This document shows positions 25,256-39,070 of a DNA stretch of 64,000 nt, piece by piece; the stretch's first letter is position 1, and each line of letters begins with the position of its first letter. Below the pieces are notes generated by a model that did not search any database, was not told where the DNA came from, and saw nothing but the letters and a program-made list of their open reading frames with translations. Made by a program: the position numbers and the translations under genes. Source of the stretch: Octopus sinensis (lineage: Eukaryota); assembly GCF_006345805.1 (NCBI RefSeq), contig NC_042998.1, positions 131,130,001 through 131,194,000 on the forward strand. The letters run 5' to 3'.

Positions 25256-26053
25256 CGAGGCCTGATCAATAAGTATCCGGACTGGTACTATAAAAACAAA
25301 GCTACCACACTACCAGTTTGGTATTTAATCTCCTTCAAAGTGGTCCCCTTCGGAAGCAACACACTTAATACAGCGAAGTCTCCACTGGTGGAAGCATTTG
25401 TGGAACTAACTCGTTTTTTTTGTGACGGGGGGAGGATAATCAGGAGCTGCCTCGTCGCATTCACTTTGTTTTCTTTGTCGTTCTGAAATCTTGCAAGCGG
25501 GATTTGATTTTTGGAAGGAGGAAAAAAACGCAATAGGTGAGATCTCGGGAATACGATGGCTGTCGGATTTCGAGAATGCAGTGCCTAGCCAAAAGCTGCT
25601 GTACACACTACGCTGATGGGCAGGTACATTGTCAGCTGAAAGCAGTTTTGGCACAAACTTGGCAGACACGCGTCTCATACCTAAATCTTCAGGGATAATG
25701 GACTGGACTGAACTGTAACTAATTTTCACATCCTCTGATAACTCATGAACGGTGATTCGACGACTTCCCCTCAAAAGCTGGACGCACATCTGCTATGTTT
25801 TTCTCAGTTCTGCTGGTTGCGTGTCTCTCAAAACGTTCGCCAAGCTTCTGGCAAAATGTGATGCAGATTCATGATCAATGCGACCATCATTCTTTCGAAG
25901 CACTGCTGTAACCAGCAGAAGCAAGCTAAAACGTTAAAACTTAGTGCACATACACAGCATAGTTCTAGGTCAATCTGTGCCAAGCGATTTTACTCTGCGG
26001 GCTTTAGCGTCGTTACAATGGCAACAGTCCGGATACTTATTGATCAGACCACG
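25256..26053 (-). mobile_element. Internally deleted mariner with both TIRs (798 bp)
   Basis: TA target duplications at 25254-55 and 26054-55; 29-bp TIRs cg(a/t)gg(c/t)ctgatcaataagtatccggactg; RRITVHELSE..GMRRVSAKFVPKLL, DNVPAH and PSYSRDLTYCVFFLLPKIK. Confidence 0.92.
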
Positions 26054-26120
<67 letters not shown>

Positions 26121-26304
26121 GCGGTGTACTGGAGCTGCATCAGTTGTGTGCGCGCGTGTGTGTATGCATGTCTGTGTGTGTGTGTGTGTGTGTGTGTAAG
26201 TCTGTATTTCAGTGACCAACAGATCAAAACTGTTTGAACTATTCATGTAACTTCCAATAAATGTGAATGCCCTTCTTTCGTTTGGCTACTCACTCGTATA
26301 TATA

Positions 26305-26425
26305 TATTGAAGACCGTAGGATCGAAACGTAAAAGACTTTCTCACCTTCCTGAGCGTCATACTAATACACTTGCTTGTTGTTTACACACCTGTCTTCGTC
26401 TTTTGTTTTTCTGTAAATTTCGACT
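26305..26425 (+). mobile_element. Solo PLE pseudo-LTR, truncated inside its hammerhead motif
   Basis: ttgaagaccgtaggatcgaaacgtaaaagactttctcac..gagcgtcatactaatac matches the reverse complement of 45885-46015. Confidence 0.6.
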
Positions 26426-26489
26426 ATGAGTGTGTATGTGTGTATGTGTGTGTGCGTGTGTGTGTGTATATGTATGTGTGTGCGTATTC

Positions 26490-26645
26490 TGTTATTCTTT
26501 TCCTTGTTTCAATCATTTGACAGCAGCCGTGCTGGAGCACCGTCTCTCAATCGAAGAAAATCGACCCCAGGAATTATTCTTTGTAAGCCTGGTACTTATT
26601 CTATCGGTGTGTTTTGCCGAAGCGCTAAATTAAACACACCAACCA
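26490..26645 (-). mobile_element. SINE family B tail
   Basis: Reverse complement of the shared tail (ttgtttcaatcatttgac..gctggagcaccg..aatcgaccccagg). Confidence 0.75.
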
Positions 26646-26659
26646 ATATATACATTTAT

Positions 26660-26902
<243 letters not shown>

Positions 26903-28619
26903 ATTTAGGGATATATATGTATGTATGTATGTATTTACGAACGTATATATGTATACATGTATATAAAATGTATGTATATATCTAAATATGTGAGAACGTG
27001 TGCATATACAACAAACAAAAGAAGGAAAGATATTCGTATTACATCATCATACAGCTACTATCGTATCAGCAACAAGTGGGATAGTCAAATCATTTAACCT
27101 TTTTAGCATATATAAACAATGATTTTGCTATCTCATGCGATTTAATAAACAAAGTTACCATTTCGTCCCAGATTTCAAACAGTGCAATTCACTTTCAATC
27201 GGCCAAACATTGTTATAACGATAACCAGTGAAAAGTGTTGAGAACTCTGCAGCGAGAGGGAAACTTTGTTGGCGTTTCAAGAGAGACACAGGAAGTAATG
27301 ATATTGAATTGTCAAAAACCTCCATAGGGAACTAGATAATGTCGATTATGTATGAAGTCCACTTGCAAAGGTGAGATAAAAGACGGGTAATGTAGTAAGT
27401 AGTCTAAGCAGAGAGGAAAGTATTTAAATTTGAGTAGCAGCAACTATAGAGATATTCTCAAAGGGACTTTAATTAATACGAAGGGAAAATCGAGTGAGAA
27501 GTCTAGAAAACAAAGGTCGGGAGATAGCGAGAAGAAAGAGAAAGAGTAGGAAAGAAAGCAGAAGAGTGAAAGATGAAAATATTTAAGAAGAGGACAATGA
27601 AAAATAGAAGAACAGAAAATAGAATGATAGGAGCAAGGACATGCAATTAAAGGAGCTGATTAACAATCCATGAAATCGAGTATATCAAATCATACGAGAA
27701 TATAATACCTTAATGAAATATGATGTAATATAATTATAACAATATATTGAATCAGTAAATGGTTATAAAAGAAACTGAAAAATTGTAGAAAGAATGATTA
27801 TGACAATTAGAAACGAGATAATTAACGGATGATTAATATTCTAAGATTTAGTTAATACTTTTATAAAAGATTAAAAGGGGTTGCAAGACTAAAAGTAGAG
27901 AAATATCACAGAAGGAAGAATTGGAATGCAATCGATAGAAATATGTATCTAGTTTTATATACTTTCATAATATATATAAGTTAGCAACACGGAATCCTTA
28001 AAGAGCTTTCATTGAATAGATATAAACAACGGATTAACAAATCATTACGTTTATTAATAAGTTCTGAATTAAGAATTCAGAATTTCAGACAGCTCCAAGC
28101 AATATAATTGCAACTACCCACTCACTTTATGCTAGAGTGCGATCCGTATAACTAAACGCATAATAAAATAGCCAATACTTTATTTAGACTCTCAAATAAA
28201 TTTTGCTAATGATGTACAATAAAACTTGCGTTTATCATTAAAAGAATGCATGTGATTATTCCATCTAGATTAAAATTTTGACACTGTAGCATGGATATAG
28301 CATTATATTCTATCAGGTATTTGGGTGGAACATTGATATACTAAACGTGTTGGGAAGTACTGGATACTCAACAGGCAAATGTCAAAAGCAGAGAGGGTTG
28401 GAATAATTTTAGTATCTTATTAGTTTTTGCTGTTCACACTTCATTATTTTCATGACATATATTTGTTTCGTTAGTCAAATTACCAAGGCAAAACGTGTTC
28501 TATTCACTTCTGCCGGCGATAAGTTAGGACAATAGCGCCTAAAACAATATCATCAGCATCATCATCATCATCATCATTGTCATTATTATCATCATCATCA
28601 TCATCATCAATGTTGTTGT

Positions 28620-28838
28620 TATCGACGTCAAGCGATGGTGGGGGGACAAACACAGACACACAAATACACACACACGCACCCCCCTTCTTTCAGTTTCCGT
28701 CAACCAAATCCACTCACAAGGCTTTGGTCGGTCGAAGCTATAGTAGGAGACACTTGCCCAAGGTGCCACGCAGTGGCTGAACCCCGATACATATGGTTGG
28801 GAAACAAAAAGCTTCTTATCACACAGAAACTCCTGCGC

Positions 28839-28840
<2 letters not shown>
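28620..28840 (-). mobile_element. SINE family B head and middle
   Basis: ttcagtttccgtc..aaatccactcacaaggctttggtcgg..gacacttgcccaaggtgccacgcagtgg..aagcttctta. Confidence 0.8.
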
Positions 28841-28900
<60 letters not shown>

Positions 28901-29217
28901 TCACACATACACAGTTTTGCATAACTTTTTCTCGCATCTAATTGGCCAACACTACCTTCCAAATTTTCCAAGAAACAATTTCCTTGCCAATCAATAACAT
29001 ACATTTTTATTTTATTTTATCTGTTCACCTGTTTTTGGGGTTCAAATATACGCCTACTACGTGCTTGTTATGTAGAATTTTATATTTGCCTTTTCATAAT
29101 CATCTGACGTTTGGAATCGCGAAACTCAGAGTAACGTCTTCTGATATCTTCTAATTAATTATTTTGACTATATATATGTGCCTGTGTATGTATACATATA
29201 TATAAATGTGTGTATAT

Positions 29218-29268
<51 letters not shown>

Positions 29269-30129
29269 TACATATATACATATACATACACACGCCACAC
29301 ATACGTGCACACGCACGCACACATACGTGCACACGCACGCACACGCTCTCACATACACTCACACACTCTCACACACACTTTGTGGTATTGTGGAAACATT
29401 GCATTCATAATTGAGAGATAGATTCCACAAGAGAAAACAGTAAGTGAAATACGTTTATATGTGCGTATGTGTATACACACAAACTACCATACACATATAC
29501 ATAAATATATTATATACACGTGGAAAATATAAAAATAAATAGAATAAGTGTGAGTGAAAAAAAAAACAAGCAAATGCAAAAAAGATAAATACAAAGAGAG
29601 TAAAAATAATAAAAAAGGAAAGAGAGCAAAATAACATAAGATAAAGTTGCATATCTATGTAAATGCTAATTAATTTAGTTAAGAAAACATCTACCTACGG
29701 CGACCTTTCCATGTAATCATTCCATATCGGTGTTCTCTTATTATTTCAGTTGATATTATTTATGATGTTGCTACTCTCTTGCTGTTGTTGCTGGGGTGTT
29801 TGAGCGGGGGTAGGGCAGTTTTGGAGGGGAGTGAGAACTGTGATATTAGTTATTGCTATACTGCGTCAATTGCAGCTAGTGCCGTGCATTCGGTAGCTGT
29901 TGAATTAAAGAATACCACGCAGGCATCTTTGCGACAATTGTTTCGCACTTCGGTTAGAAATATTTTATTTGTAGATGCTTAAGTAACGAGATACATATAA
30001 ACTCTTACGCGAGTCTTAATTTAGAAATAAAAATCTTTTAGCCTCAATCCATTCTGTTTTAAATGATTTTAGTCAGTACGAAACAATTGTGTTTACATCT
30101 TTTGCAGGGATTCTGAAACTTGTCAAATA

Positions 30130-30354
30130 GAGGCAGTTAACATCCCTTTCTAGTATGGCGACAACGGCTGAAATTTTGGGGAAGGTGTTCGTCGGTTACA
30201 CCGGCTCTAGTACTCAACTTGTACTTATTTTACCTAACGCGAAAAGATGAAAGATAAAATTGACCCTGGCGGAATTTGAACTCAGAAATTGTTGATGGAC
30301 GAGGCGAGGAATTTTTCCGGTGTTGCTAACGATTTATGCCAGCTCACCGCCTTA
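30130..30354 (-). mobile_element. SINE family A (tRNA-derived, aaggcggtgagctggcag head)
   Basis: Reverse complement has the head, a B-box-like gagttcaaattcc and ctttcatc..taaaataagtac. Confidence 0.8.
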
Positions 30355-30381
30355 AATGCAGTTGATATGAAGCCTGAATAC

Positions 30382-30560
30382 TAAGGCGGTGAGGTGGCAG
30401 AATCGTTACCGCGCCGGGTAAAATGCTTAGAGGTATGTCACCCCTCTTTACGCTCTGAGTTTAAATTCCGCCGAGGTCGATTTGCCTTTCATTCTTTCGG
30501 GGGCGATAAAATAAGTACCAGTTGGACACTGTGGTCGATGTAATTGACTTATCCCTTCCT
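30382..30560 (+). mobile_element. SINE family A
   Basis: taaggcggtgaggtggcagaatcgtt..gagtttaaattccgccgaggtcga..gataaaataagtaccag. Confidence 0.85.
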
Positions 30561-30764
30561 CTGATTTGAGATCAATATTAAATCTGAATATGTGAATATC
30601 GACAATTGCAAGAGGAAAGTGGATGAGGAGAGAATTCCAGAGACTTGGAGGTCTTTGGAATAACTATCTAGTTAGTATGTGAGCTGGGATCAGACAAACA
30701 AAATGGGAAATAAGGGAAGAAGAAGAGAGTAGGTGATGTATGGTTTGGCCGTGATGTGTATGAA

Positions 30765-31035
30765 GAGGTTTGAATAATTCACCTCTGGAGACATGGGTGG
30801 TTTTTTCAACATCCTTAAACAACCCTTATTCAGGGACCGTTTGAGCGGGATGGGCTACTCAACCTGAAGAAAATTCTAACTGGGCCCCTCCTGCAAGGTC
30901 ATGTGCAGTTTATCTTGATATGAGATAACCATGTCGCGCACATATGGTTGTGATGCATGTGCCTGGTGTGCCCTTATCAGACGGGTAATCATGATGGGTA
31001 TATTGGGCTTCGTATATTTTACCCCAGTCTCACTC
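30765..31035 (+). mobile_element. Truncated copy of the (AAT)n-anchored repeat
   Basis: Reverse complement of about 6750-7045; followed directly by (AAT)n at 31036-31135. Confidence 0.8.
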
Positions 31036-31051
31036 AATAATAATAATAATA

Positions 31052-31117
<66 letters not shown>

Positions 31118-32365
31118 TTAATAATAATAATAATGATGATGATGATAAAGCTGAAGTGAAAAACGACTATATAGTGAGTGGGTTTATTTGACAAAAGAAA
31201 AATCACCATCTCGAAATAAAAATAATATATATTCTGTCCATTTTTGTCTTTAATGAAAATGACTATAAAATCATTAAATTTGTTAGAAGTTTAGATTTAC
31301 CCTCATATATAACTGGTAGCTGGTACTTATTTCATAATGGGAGAAGCATGAAAGACCACCCGAAGGTAATTTTACCCAAGAAGGAAATCAAAGATAACTC
31401 ATTTATAGAAAGTATTTTGTCTTATCCTCTAAGATTTTTAATAACAGTTGCCATCTTAATAATTATAATATATGATATACTACAGAAATATGAGTGCTAA
31501 ATGAATATGTACCTATTCTCACTGCGTTACACAAACGCAAAACTAACTAGTGGAAAACAGTTCGTCATCAACAGACAGCAGATGGTTGTACACTCTTTCA
31601 CATGGCAGCTTCTCTCAGAAATTGACTCCAGAGTGTATTCTAGTCTCACAAACAATCACAGACAATCACGTAGCTGTTTGAATGATTTCTGATTTAATAG
31701 TATGATGTCAAACACACACGAAACAGGAAAAATGAATTTTAGCTGTGGACAATCAGAAAGCCAGTGACAATTGCCGGGAGGCTGAAACCTGTATAAAGGC
31801 AAACGTGATAGTTATTTCAGTTTCTATAATGAATAGCAGAACGGGATTCACATATTAATAGTGGTGTACACGTGGATTTACAAGATACTTATTAACAAAA
31901 ATGCGTATGTACTTGATGAAGTGGCTTTCTGATACAGGTCTCTGCATTTCAATTTTATAAACAATGCTTTTGGAATAATTTCTTGAAACGTACTTGAAAG
32001 AAAGAGGATTTATTACTTTTATATATTCGTAGTATTTATTAATGTTCTACCTTCTATTCTATCGTACTGTCGTGTGAGTAACTCCAGAAATTACAACGTA
32101 TAAAAGATAGCCAACTTAATTTTGTATTGAACTATTGGCTCATGGTCTATGAGTTCGAGTCTACTGGCATTATTTAGTTTGGTTCCTAGCAAATCATTCA
32201 AGTTTTCGATATCTGATGTTCCAGTTATACGTAACGCAAACGTACTTTTTACATTTTGTTTTTCCAATTAAGTGCTGGCTCTTTGAAAACTCTTGAACAT
32301 TCCAGTTTACTTTTTGTTAGGTCTTTCCTACAGATATGTTGAATTTAGTAATATTTACTAACAGA

Positions 32366-32885
32366 ATCATCATCATCATTGTTCGACCGTGGTCGAGACA
32401 ATGGAATTTACTATGCTACGCTAGACTTCACGGTCCATCATAACATTACGGAGGTCCTGTTGCTGGATGCCTGTATCTCTGGAGATTACATCAGGGTAGG
32501 AGAGTGTGCGCCTTCTGGTATCGCGAGTAGATGGCTTCCAGAGGAGAAGAGTAGAAATTACCTCGTTTTCAGCTCTACAACCATGTCCAGCAAACTGGAC
32601 TCTTCTACCTTTCACAAAAGATGATGCAGGTGGTAGTTTCCCATATATTTGTACTTTGGTTGGATGACGCTTCCACGAGAGATTTTGAGCTCTCATAAGG
32701 AGGCGAGTTTAAGTTCCATCCAACCGCCCTCAAGCTTCTTTGATAACATCAAGGTTTCTGGGCCATATAGTAGAAATGGTTCGACTGTGGCTTTGAAGAT
32801 TTAAGTTTGAAATCTCTACTTAGATTTGATGACCAGATCTTATGCATATCATTACAGGCTGACCAGGAATCTCCGATAATTGTTA
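32366..32885 (-). mobile_element. RTE-clade LINE 3' end
   Basis: WSACNDMHKIWSSNLSRDFKL, ATVEP..LYG..SKKLERRLDGT, RAQNLSWKRHPTKVQIYG..RRVQFAGH..LLLWKP..MMDREV, ending in a (TGA)n tail. Confidence 0.85.
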
Positions 32886-33729
32886 CCTCTCACAATACGT
32901 GTTACTGGTACCAGAATTAAAAATACGCAGATTAGCTCCAGGGGTGAATTTTAAACTAAGAAATTTTCACTCAGCCATTCACTACGGACAAGCATATTGA
33001 GAAACATATTACACTCGCTATTCAAACAAAATTTCTCTTTAATATAAGCGAAAACAGATTTTAATTTCTTAAAATATATCTACAATGACACATCAATTGT
33101 ATTCTTCATACTCAGGAAAAACATGCGTGAAACCATCACAATATTTAGTAATAATAAAAGACTTAACAACTTCTAAGTTCACATGGCGACCCACCATACT
33201 AAACGACATGCTTAAAAATCTATACATTTTATCTACGTGTCACTAAAGTACCTAAATAATAAACCAATAAAAACTGATACTAAAAGCATCTATACATGAT
33301 AAAATTATAATAAACACAAATCTGGCATCTTGCAACCATTAAACATTTACATACAAACAAATATGCAAATATACGCACACATGCATATATAATGTTCACT
33401 ACACCAAAATGACACAAATACGTTGGCAAAGTTTTTAAGACACCAGTATAGTCTAGAACCACGAGCTCACAATAGTAGTAATATGGGAACATATGCTATA
33501 ACAGCACGTCGCTGCATCCACCATTTATTGGTGATTCCTTACTCCTGGCGGATGACACTTTTGCAATGTTTAGGTGACAACCCTCTAGGCTTGTGTCTAT
33601 TTCGGTAGTTTTTGATTGTGAGGGCATTACAATATCGGAATGCAAATCCTACCCCAACTTCTTTTAGTCGTCTTTTACGACACAGAGGAGACGTTGGGTC
33701 TAATATTTGACATACCGATCCTACACAGT

Positions 33730-33850
33730 ACTAGAGCAGCGTAAAATGGACTTCTTTGCTTAAGAACACAATACACCACCTGGTCCGGGAATCGAACCCT
33801 CGATCTGACGATCGTGTGTGTAGCTCCCTAGCCACAAGGCTACGTGCCTT
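33730..33850 (-). mobile_element. tRNA-derived CORE-type SINE head
   Basis: Reverse complement has the B-box gggttcgattcccggacc and a CORE-like gtgttcttaagcaaagaagtc. Confidence 0.7.
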
Positions 33851-33977
33851 CGACATTGTTCTCATTAATGTGCTTCCATTAAAAAGAATATTATCGAACA
33901 CAAACATTGAGAGGAAGCGCCTCAGTAGAATTTTGCATATTTGCAATTATGCACTACCCACATACATGAGTGTTTGC

Positions 33978-34018
<41 letters not shown>

Positions 34019-35311
34019 TGATTGTAAATAAATATAGATATATGTACAGACAGACAGTGATATGTAAGGTCATATTTAATATGTTCATTTACATCCTGAT
34101 AAGAAAAAAACTATACAGCTCGAATTTTCCATAGAGAAGTATTTCTCCAGCTGACAAAATTTTCGCGCATAAGCAAATGTACCACTTGCTATTTTAATAC
34201 AAAACAGACTTTTTCTTAGAAAGCACGATTGATGGCTCCCTATAAGTTACTGATGAGGCATTGTGACGCAAAAACACAGGCGACGTAGGTCCTAGTTGCA
34301 TTATTCATGGCCTGGTGGTGTGTTTACTTCTGTGTTTATACCCATATTGTCTATCTGTAAAATTTCTTTTCTCGCGCCACCCTGTGCAGCGTAATGCCTT
34401 TCTATGCCTGAATGTACACAAGAATGTTAAATATTACTCTACGTAGTTACGTTTCATTCAACGTTATACCTTGAAGATCTCTACTATTTAGCTTCATGTT
34501 GAACCTCATGTTGAACAACATAATGCAAACAATATAAACAGTTAAATGTTGCAGCTAAGGAACAGCAGAGAGATAAATTACCGAAGCTGACATATTTTTT
34601 CAAAGACGAAATTAAAATTTGGCATGACAGTTAAATTGTTCCTTCAAAGAAAGAAACGACATTTTAAATCTCTGTTTATATCAGTGCGAGGAACTGGGTT
34701 GTTACATTGGCATGCGCGTATCTGTGTGTGTATATGTATGAGTGTGCGTGTATGTATGTGCGATATAAATGCAAAAGTAGAGAGAATGAAGCTATGAGAA
34801 CTGTACGATTCAGACAGACTGCGATCCTCCAATAGACACTCAAAATCATCCTCTATTTATACTTGTTCGGGCGAAGAGGATGTAAGATTTAAATCGAATA
34901 TTTTCCACCAAAAGTAAAGTTATCTAAAGCATGATTGATGACCAATGAGATTTTAAGGAAAATCAATCAGTCAGTGACAACCTAAATGCATGGTCATGAT
35001 ATTCATCGTCACCTAGTAAGAGAACTGTTACTCTAACGGATGACGTAGTGGCAATAAATTCAACAAGGTATTTAGAGTCATGTGCTGATAACGTAATATA
35101 AAGAAATAAGTCACTCCAGACGTGTGTACACATGTACAAATACAAATGTGTTTAAGAAGTTCAATCCAAAATCATGGCGTTTGTGCGGTACCTTGGGCGA
35201 GTAGCTTCATCTGTAACTACTATAGCTACTATAGTTTAAACCCGTTGTGTTTGTAAATATATATATATATAGAGAGAGAGAGATGTACACACATACACAC
35301 ATATATATATA

Positions 35312-35359
<48 letters not shown>

Positions 35360-35423
35360 CATACATACATCCATCCATACATAAATACATACATACATAC
35401 ATACATACATACATACATACATA

Positions 35424-36460
35424 CATAATTAGGATAAAATCAATACTTAATGGTTTATCAGTGGCCACCATACTAAAAATACCATAGTGTTAAATTTATA
35501 TTAAAATTATAGTATTAAAATTATAATAAGGGTGTTGAATGATTACAACACCAGTCTGCTAGAAATATACCCCAAAAGGTCTATGAAGCACTTAGAATAT
35601 TATTCAATTACACAAGGTTGTAAGCGGGGAAAATAGACAGCGAAGATTTATATAATAATTTGGATAGTCCAAAATCTATAGATTCCACGGTATGGGTTAT
35701 TGAAAACCCTTTACGATCATCAGTGGCGACATACCGAACATAAATAAATGAAAAATACATTATAAATCCCGCGATAAGCGCAAATAATGTGCATGCATTT
35801 CGCACGTATTCACGAATTAAAATCCAAGCGCCTATTTCAACCATGTGCTTATTTATTCAGAATAGTTCTGCAGTAAATATGTTATAGGAGTGAATTAATA
35901 TATACTTTTATACATAATTAGGATAAAATCATAATTTAATGATTTATCAGTGGCCAGCACACTAAAAATACCATAATGGTTAATTTGTATTAAAAATTAT
36001 AATAAGGGTGTTGAATGATTACAACCCCAGGCTGCTAGAAATAGACCCCAAACGGTCTATGAACCACTTAGATTATTACTCCACCACACAAAGTTGTAAG
36101 CGAAGAAAACAGACAGCGAGGATTTTATAAAATAATTTGGATAAGTCCCAAATCGATAGATTTCCCGTTTTAGTTATTAAAAACGGTATGTATAAAGTAT
36201 TTTTCATTTATTTACGTTTCTGTATGTTTCCATTGGTGATCGTAAATAGTTTTTAATAACTCAGACCGTGAGATCTATAGCTTTGGGACTATCCAAATTA
36301 TTTTATAAAATCCTCGCTGTCTATTGTCTTCGCTTACAACCATGTGTAGTGGAGTTTTAATGTAAGTGGTTCATAGACCGTTTGGGCTCTATTTCTAACA
36401 GTATGGTGTTGTAATCAGTCAACACCCTTATTATAATTATAATACAAATTTACCATTATA
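35424..36460. repeat. Direct plus inverted triplication (fold-back or long-TIR element)
   Basis: cataattaggataaaatca starts at 35424 and 35913 (period 489); about 36190-36460 is the reverse complement of about 35490-35765. Confidence 0.85.
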
Positions 36461-38979
36461 TTCTAATATCACAACCATCTAATTATATTCGTGTGTATAT
36501 GTGTGCATGCATATGTGTTACTTTGTGTGATATGTTAAACATAGGTGCCTTTGTGGCTTTGGTGTTGTTGGTATTGGTAGAGGTGACAGTGGACACAATA
36601 TTCTTTACTATTACTTGTAGTAATAATGAATTCCAGCTTTGGCGTAAGGTCCCAATTCTATAGAAGGTTTATGAATATATTGTCAATTTAGCCAGCCGCA
36701 TAAAACGTAAATACTAATGAATAATTTTACAGCTCCAAACTGGGAGAAGGGGTAGGTGGAATTAACAAAGTCAAACATAGGATTTTAACTTAAAGCATTT
36801 AAGAATAATAGCCTTAATACTACAAGATGATGCTTTATCTGGGGTTCTACGATTTCTGACACCCCACCGCACACACCTAAAACAAAAACGAAACAAACAG
36901 GAACTACAACGAAAGGCTGGATCTATTCCAGGCACATGCTGTATACTCCTCTCACCCATTTCCTATTCTACCCTTTCTTCTTAACCTTAACCACTTCCAC
37001 GACCTGCTAATTCATTGTGTATTCATCACCCCATAAGATCTACATCAATAACATGACAACAGATATTTCTTAACGCCACGCCACGGCTACGGCCACTGCA
37101 ACCCTCTTGTATTTCCGCCTCCACTTCTCCTCCTACTCTTACCCCTATTCTTCTTCCTCCTCCTCTTCCTTCTCCTCTATCAACATCTCTCCTACCTTTC
37201 ATTTCAATGACATCCACATGACAGATCTTATTTATGACTATGTATGTATGCGAGTGTACACGTTCCCTTGTTTGTTTGTGCGTGAACATACGCTTCTGTG
37301 TAGGTGTGTACACGTGTATGCGTATTCGTCTATGTTGTGTATATGCGTGTGTGTTTATGTGCATACATGTATGTTGGCCTTGCAATTTTGTATGGGTGCA
37401 TGTGTGTGATTGTGTTGTAGTTTTAAAAGTCCCTGTCTGTTGCTATTACTGTTTGCATTGGCGCACTTCTTTTGTTATTACCGGTGCTAATATCACCGTT
37501 GTTGCTAATAATGTTGCAACTGCTCTTCTGTTACCTTTTCTACTTCTGTTGTTGTTGTTGATATTGCTGTGCCTTTGGTATTAGCAGCACTGCAGAATTA
37601 TCTTTTGTTTCTCTCTCTTGTACGTAGAACCATTAAGTGGCACTTGATGATCATGTGTTAGTACATGAGCACGTGTGGCCTCTACACATTCTAAATTCTA
37701 CTCTAAACTCTTAAACGCATTCTAAATTCTACTATAACTCATGTGAGAGGTTTGCCTGACATGGTATCTTGCCCAGGCCTTCATGAAACACCTGAATTTC
37801 GGTCTAAATTTCCTGACCATGTATTTTATGCCATACATAGTGCTTATCATCACCGGATAATAATTTTTGGTTGCCTATCTAGTGTCTGTGCTTTTTTCGC
37901 CAATATGTGTAAGAATTAGGGTTAAATCCTCAGTTCTGAATGGGTCAGGGAAATATTTCTCCTGAGAGAAGTCCCACTTCATCAATCTCACAATTCTTGG
38001 GGTGAGTGACGAAGATGATGTCACTCTCCAAAGCCTTATCAAGCACTTCTCCACTTGATCAGACGTGACCTTTTTCACTCGCCTGTATTTAACTTCCACG
38101 AGTGTCACTGTCACTGTCCCCCAAGCCATTTTCAACATAATACAGGAATTACCCGAGAAACACGGATTTGATTGCTCCAACAGAAGGCCGTGTAAACTGT
38201 TCAAAACACACACGTTATTGTCTATAGTCGAACTATTCCCAAATAGTATTTCCTTAACGGAAATCATGTTATTCCAACAGAATGTTTTGCTGTATATTGC
38301 ATAGTCTAATATAAAGCGACGTTGATTAAATTTTTAATTGGACACAACCTTCAAGATCCAGTCTCAGCATATGATGGCCAATATTTGCATGAGAGAAAAA
38401 CCTGAATTTGAGAAAAGAGATTAGCAATATTAAATAACGGAAATAATTTCATCAAGCGACTCCCTCCTTCGGTTAACTCTTTGCAAAATTAATATTGCAG
38501 ATATTTTCGTATGATTAGAATAGAATTTATACGTAGATCCTGCTGAGTCTACATCACGAATTGCTTTCAGTTTTACATAAAAATTAATTCTTTTCACATT
38601 TACATCAAAGATTTTGTAAAATGAATTAAAAGCACAATATTACAGATCCAATTACCCTTAAATTACAGGGCTTATAAGTCTGGTGAAAAAGAAAGCTAGA
38701 AAATTGACGTTTAAATCTTTCACAGGGATATGCCTAATACATATATTATGCTACTGAACATTAATTATAGAAAAAAGGTTCAACGTTCATCGTGTGAACA
38801 AATGGATCAGTGTCTCGATTTGCTGCAAACTTCTAATTCCCCTTCATTATTCTAAAATAAAATATATTAAAAGATTAACTGCATAGTTAGGATTTTCGGT
38901 AAGACGACGTTTCTAATCAACATATTTCTTACCGGATGTTTCATACAGTTAACTCTACTTCTCGCTCATTCCTAAATGA

Positions 38980-38990
38980 TAATAATAATG

Positions 38991-39062
<72 letters not shown>
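38980..39062. repeat. (AAT)n microsatellite
   Basis: Direct reading. Confidence 0.95.

Positions 39063-39070
<8 letters not shown>

Noticed and set aside
27230-27950. Purine-rich stretch resembling PLE 3' UTRs
   Set aside because: Only compositional similarity; no motif or second copy seen.
34245-34295. ctgatgaggc..gcaaaaac as a hammerhead
   Set aside because: GAAA is absent and stems I and III cannot be formed; at most a dead remnant.
37760-38304. ORFs 37875-38267 and 38065-38304 as exons or a piggyBac start (EVLDKALESDIIFVTHP)
   Set aside because: No recognisable domain, stops in the piggyBac-like frame and no TTAA-flanked TIR found.
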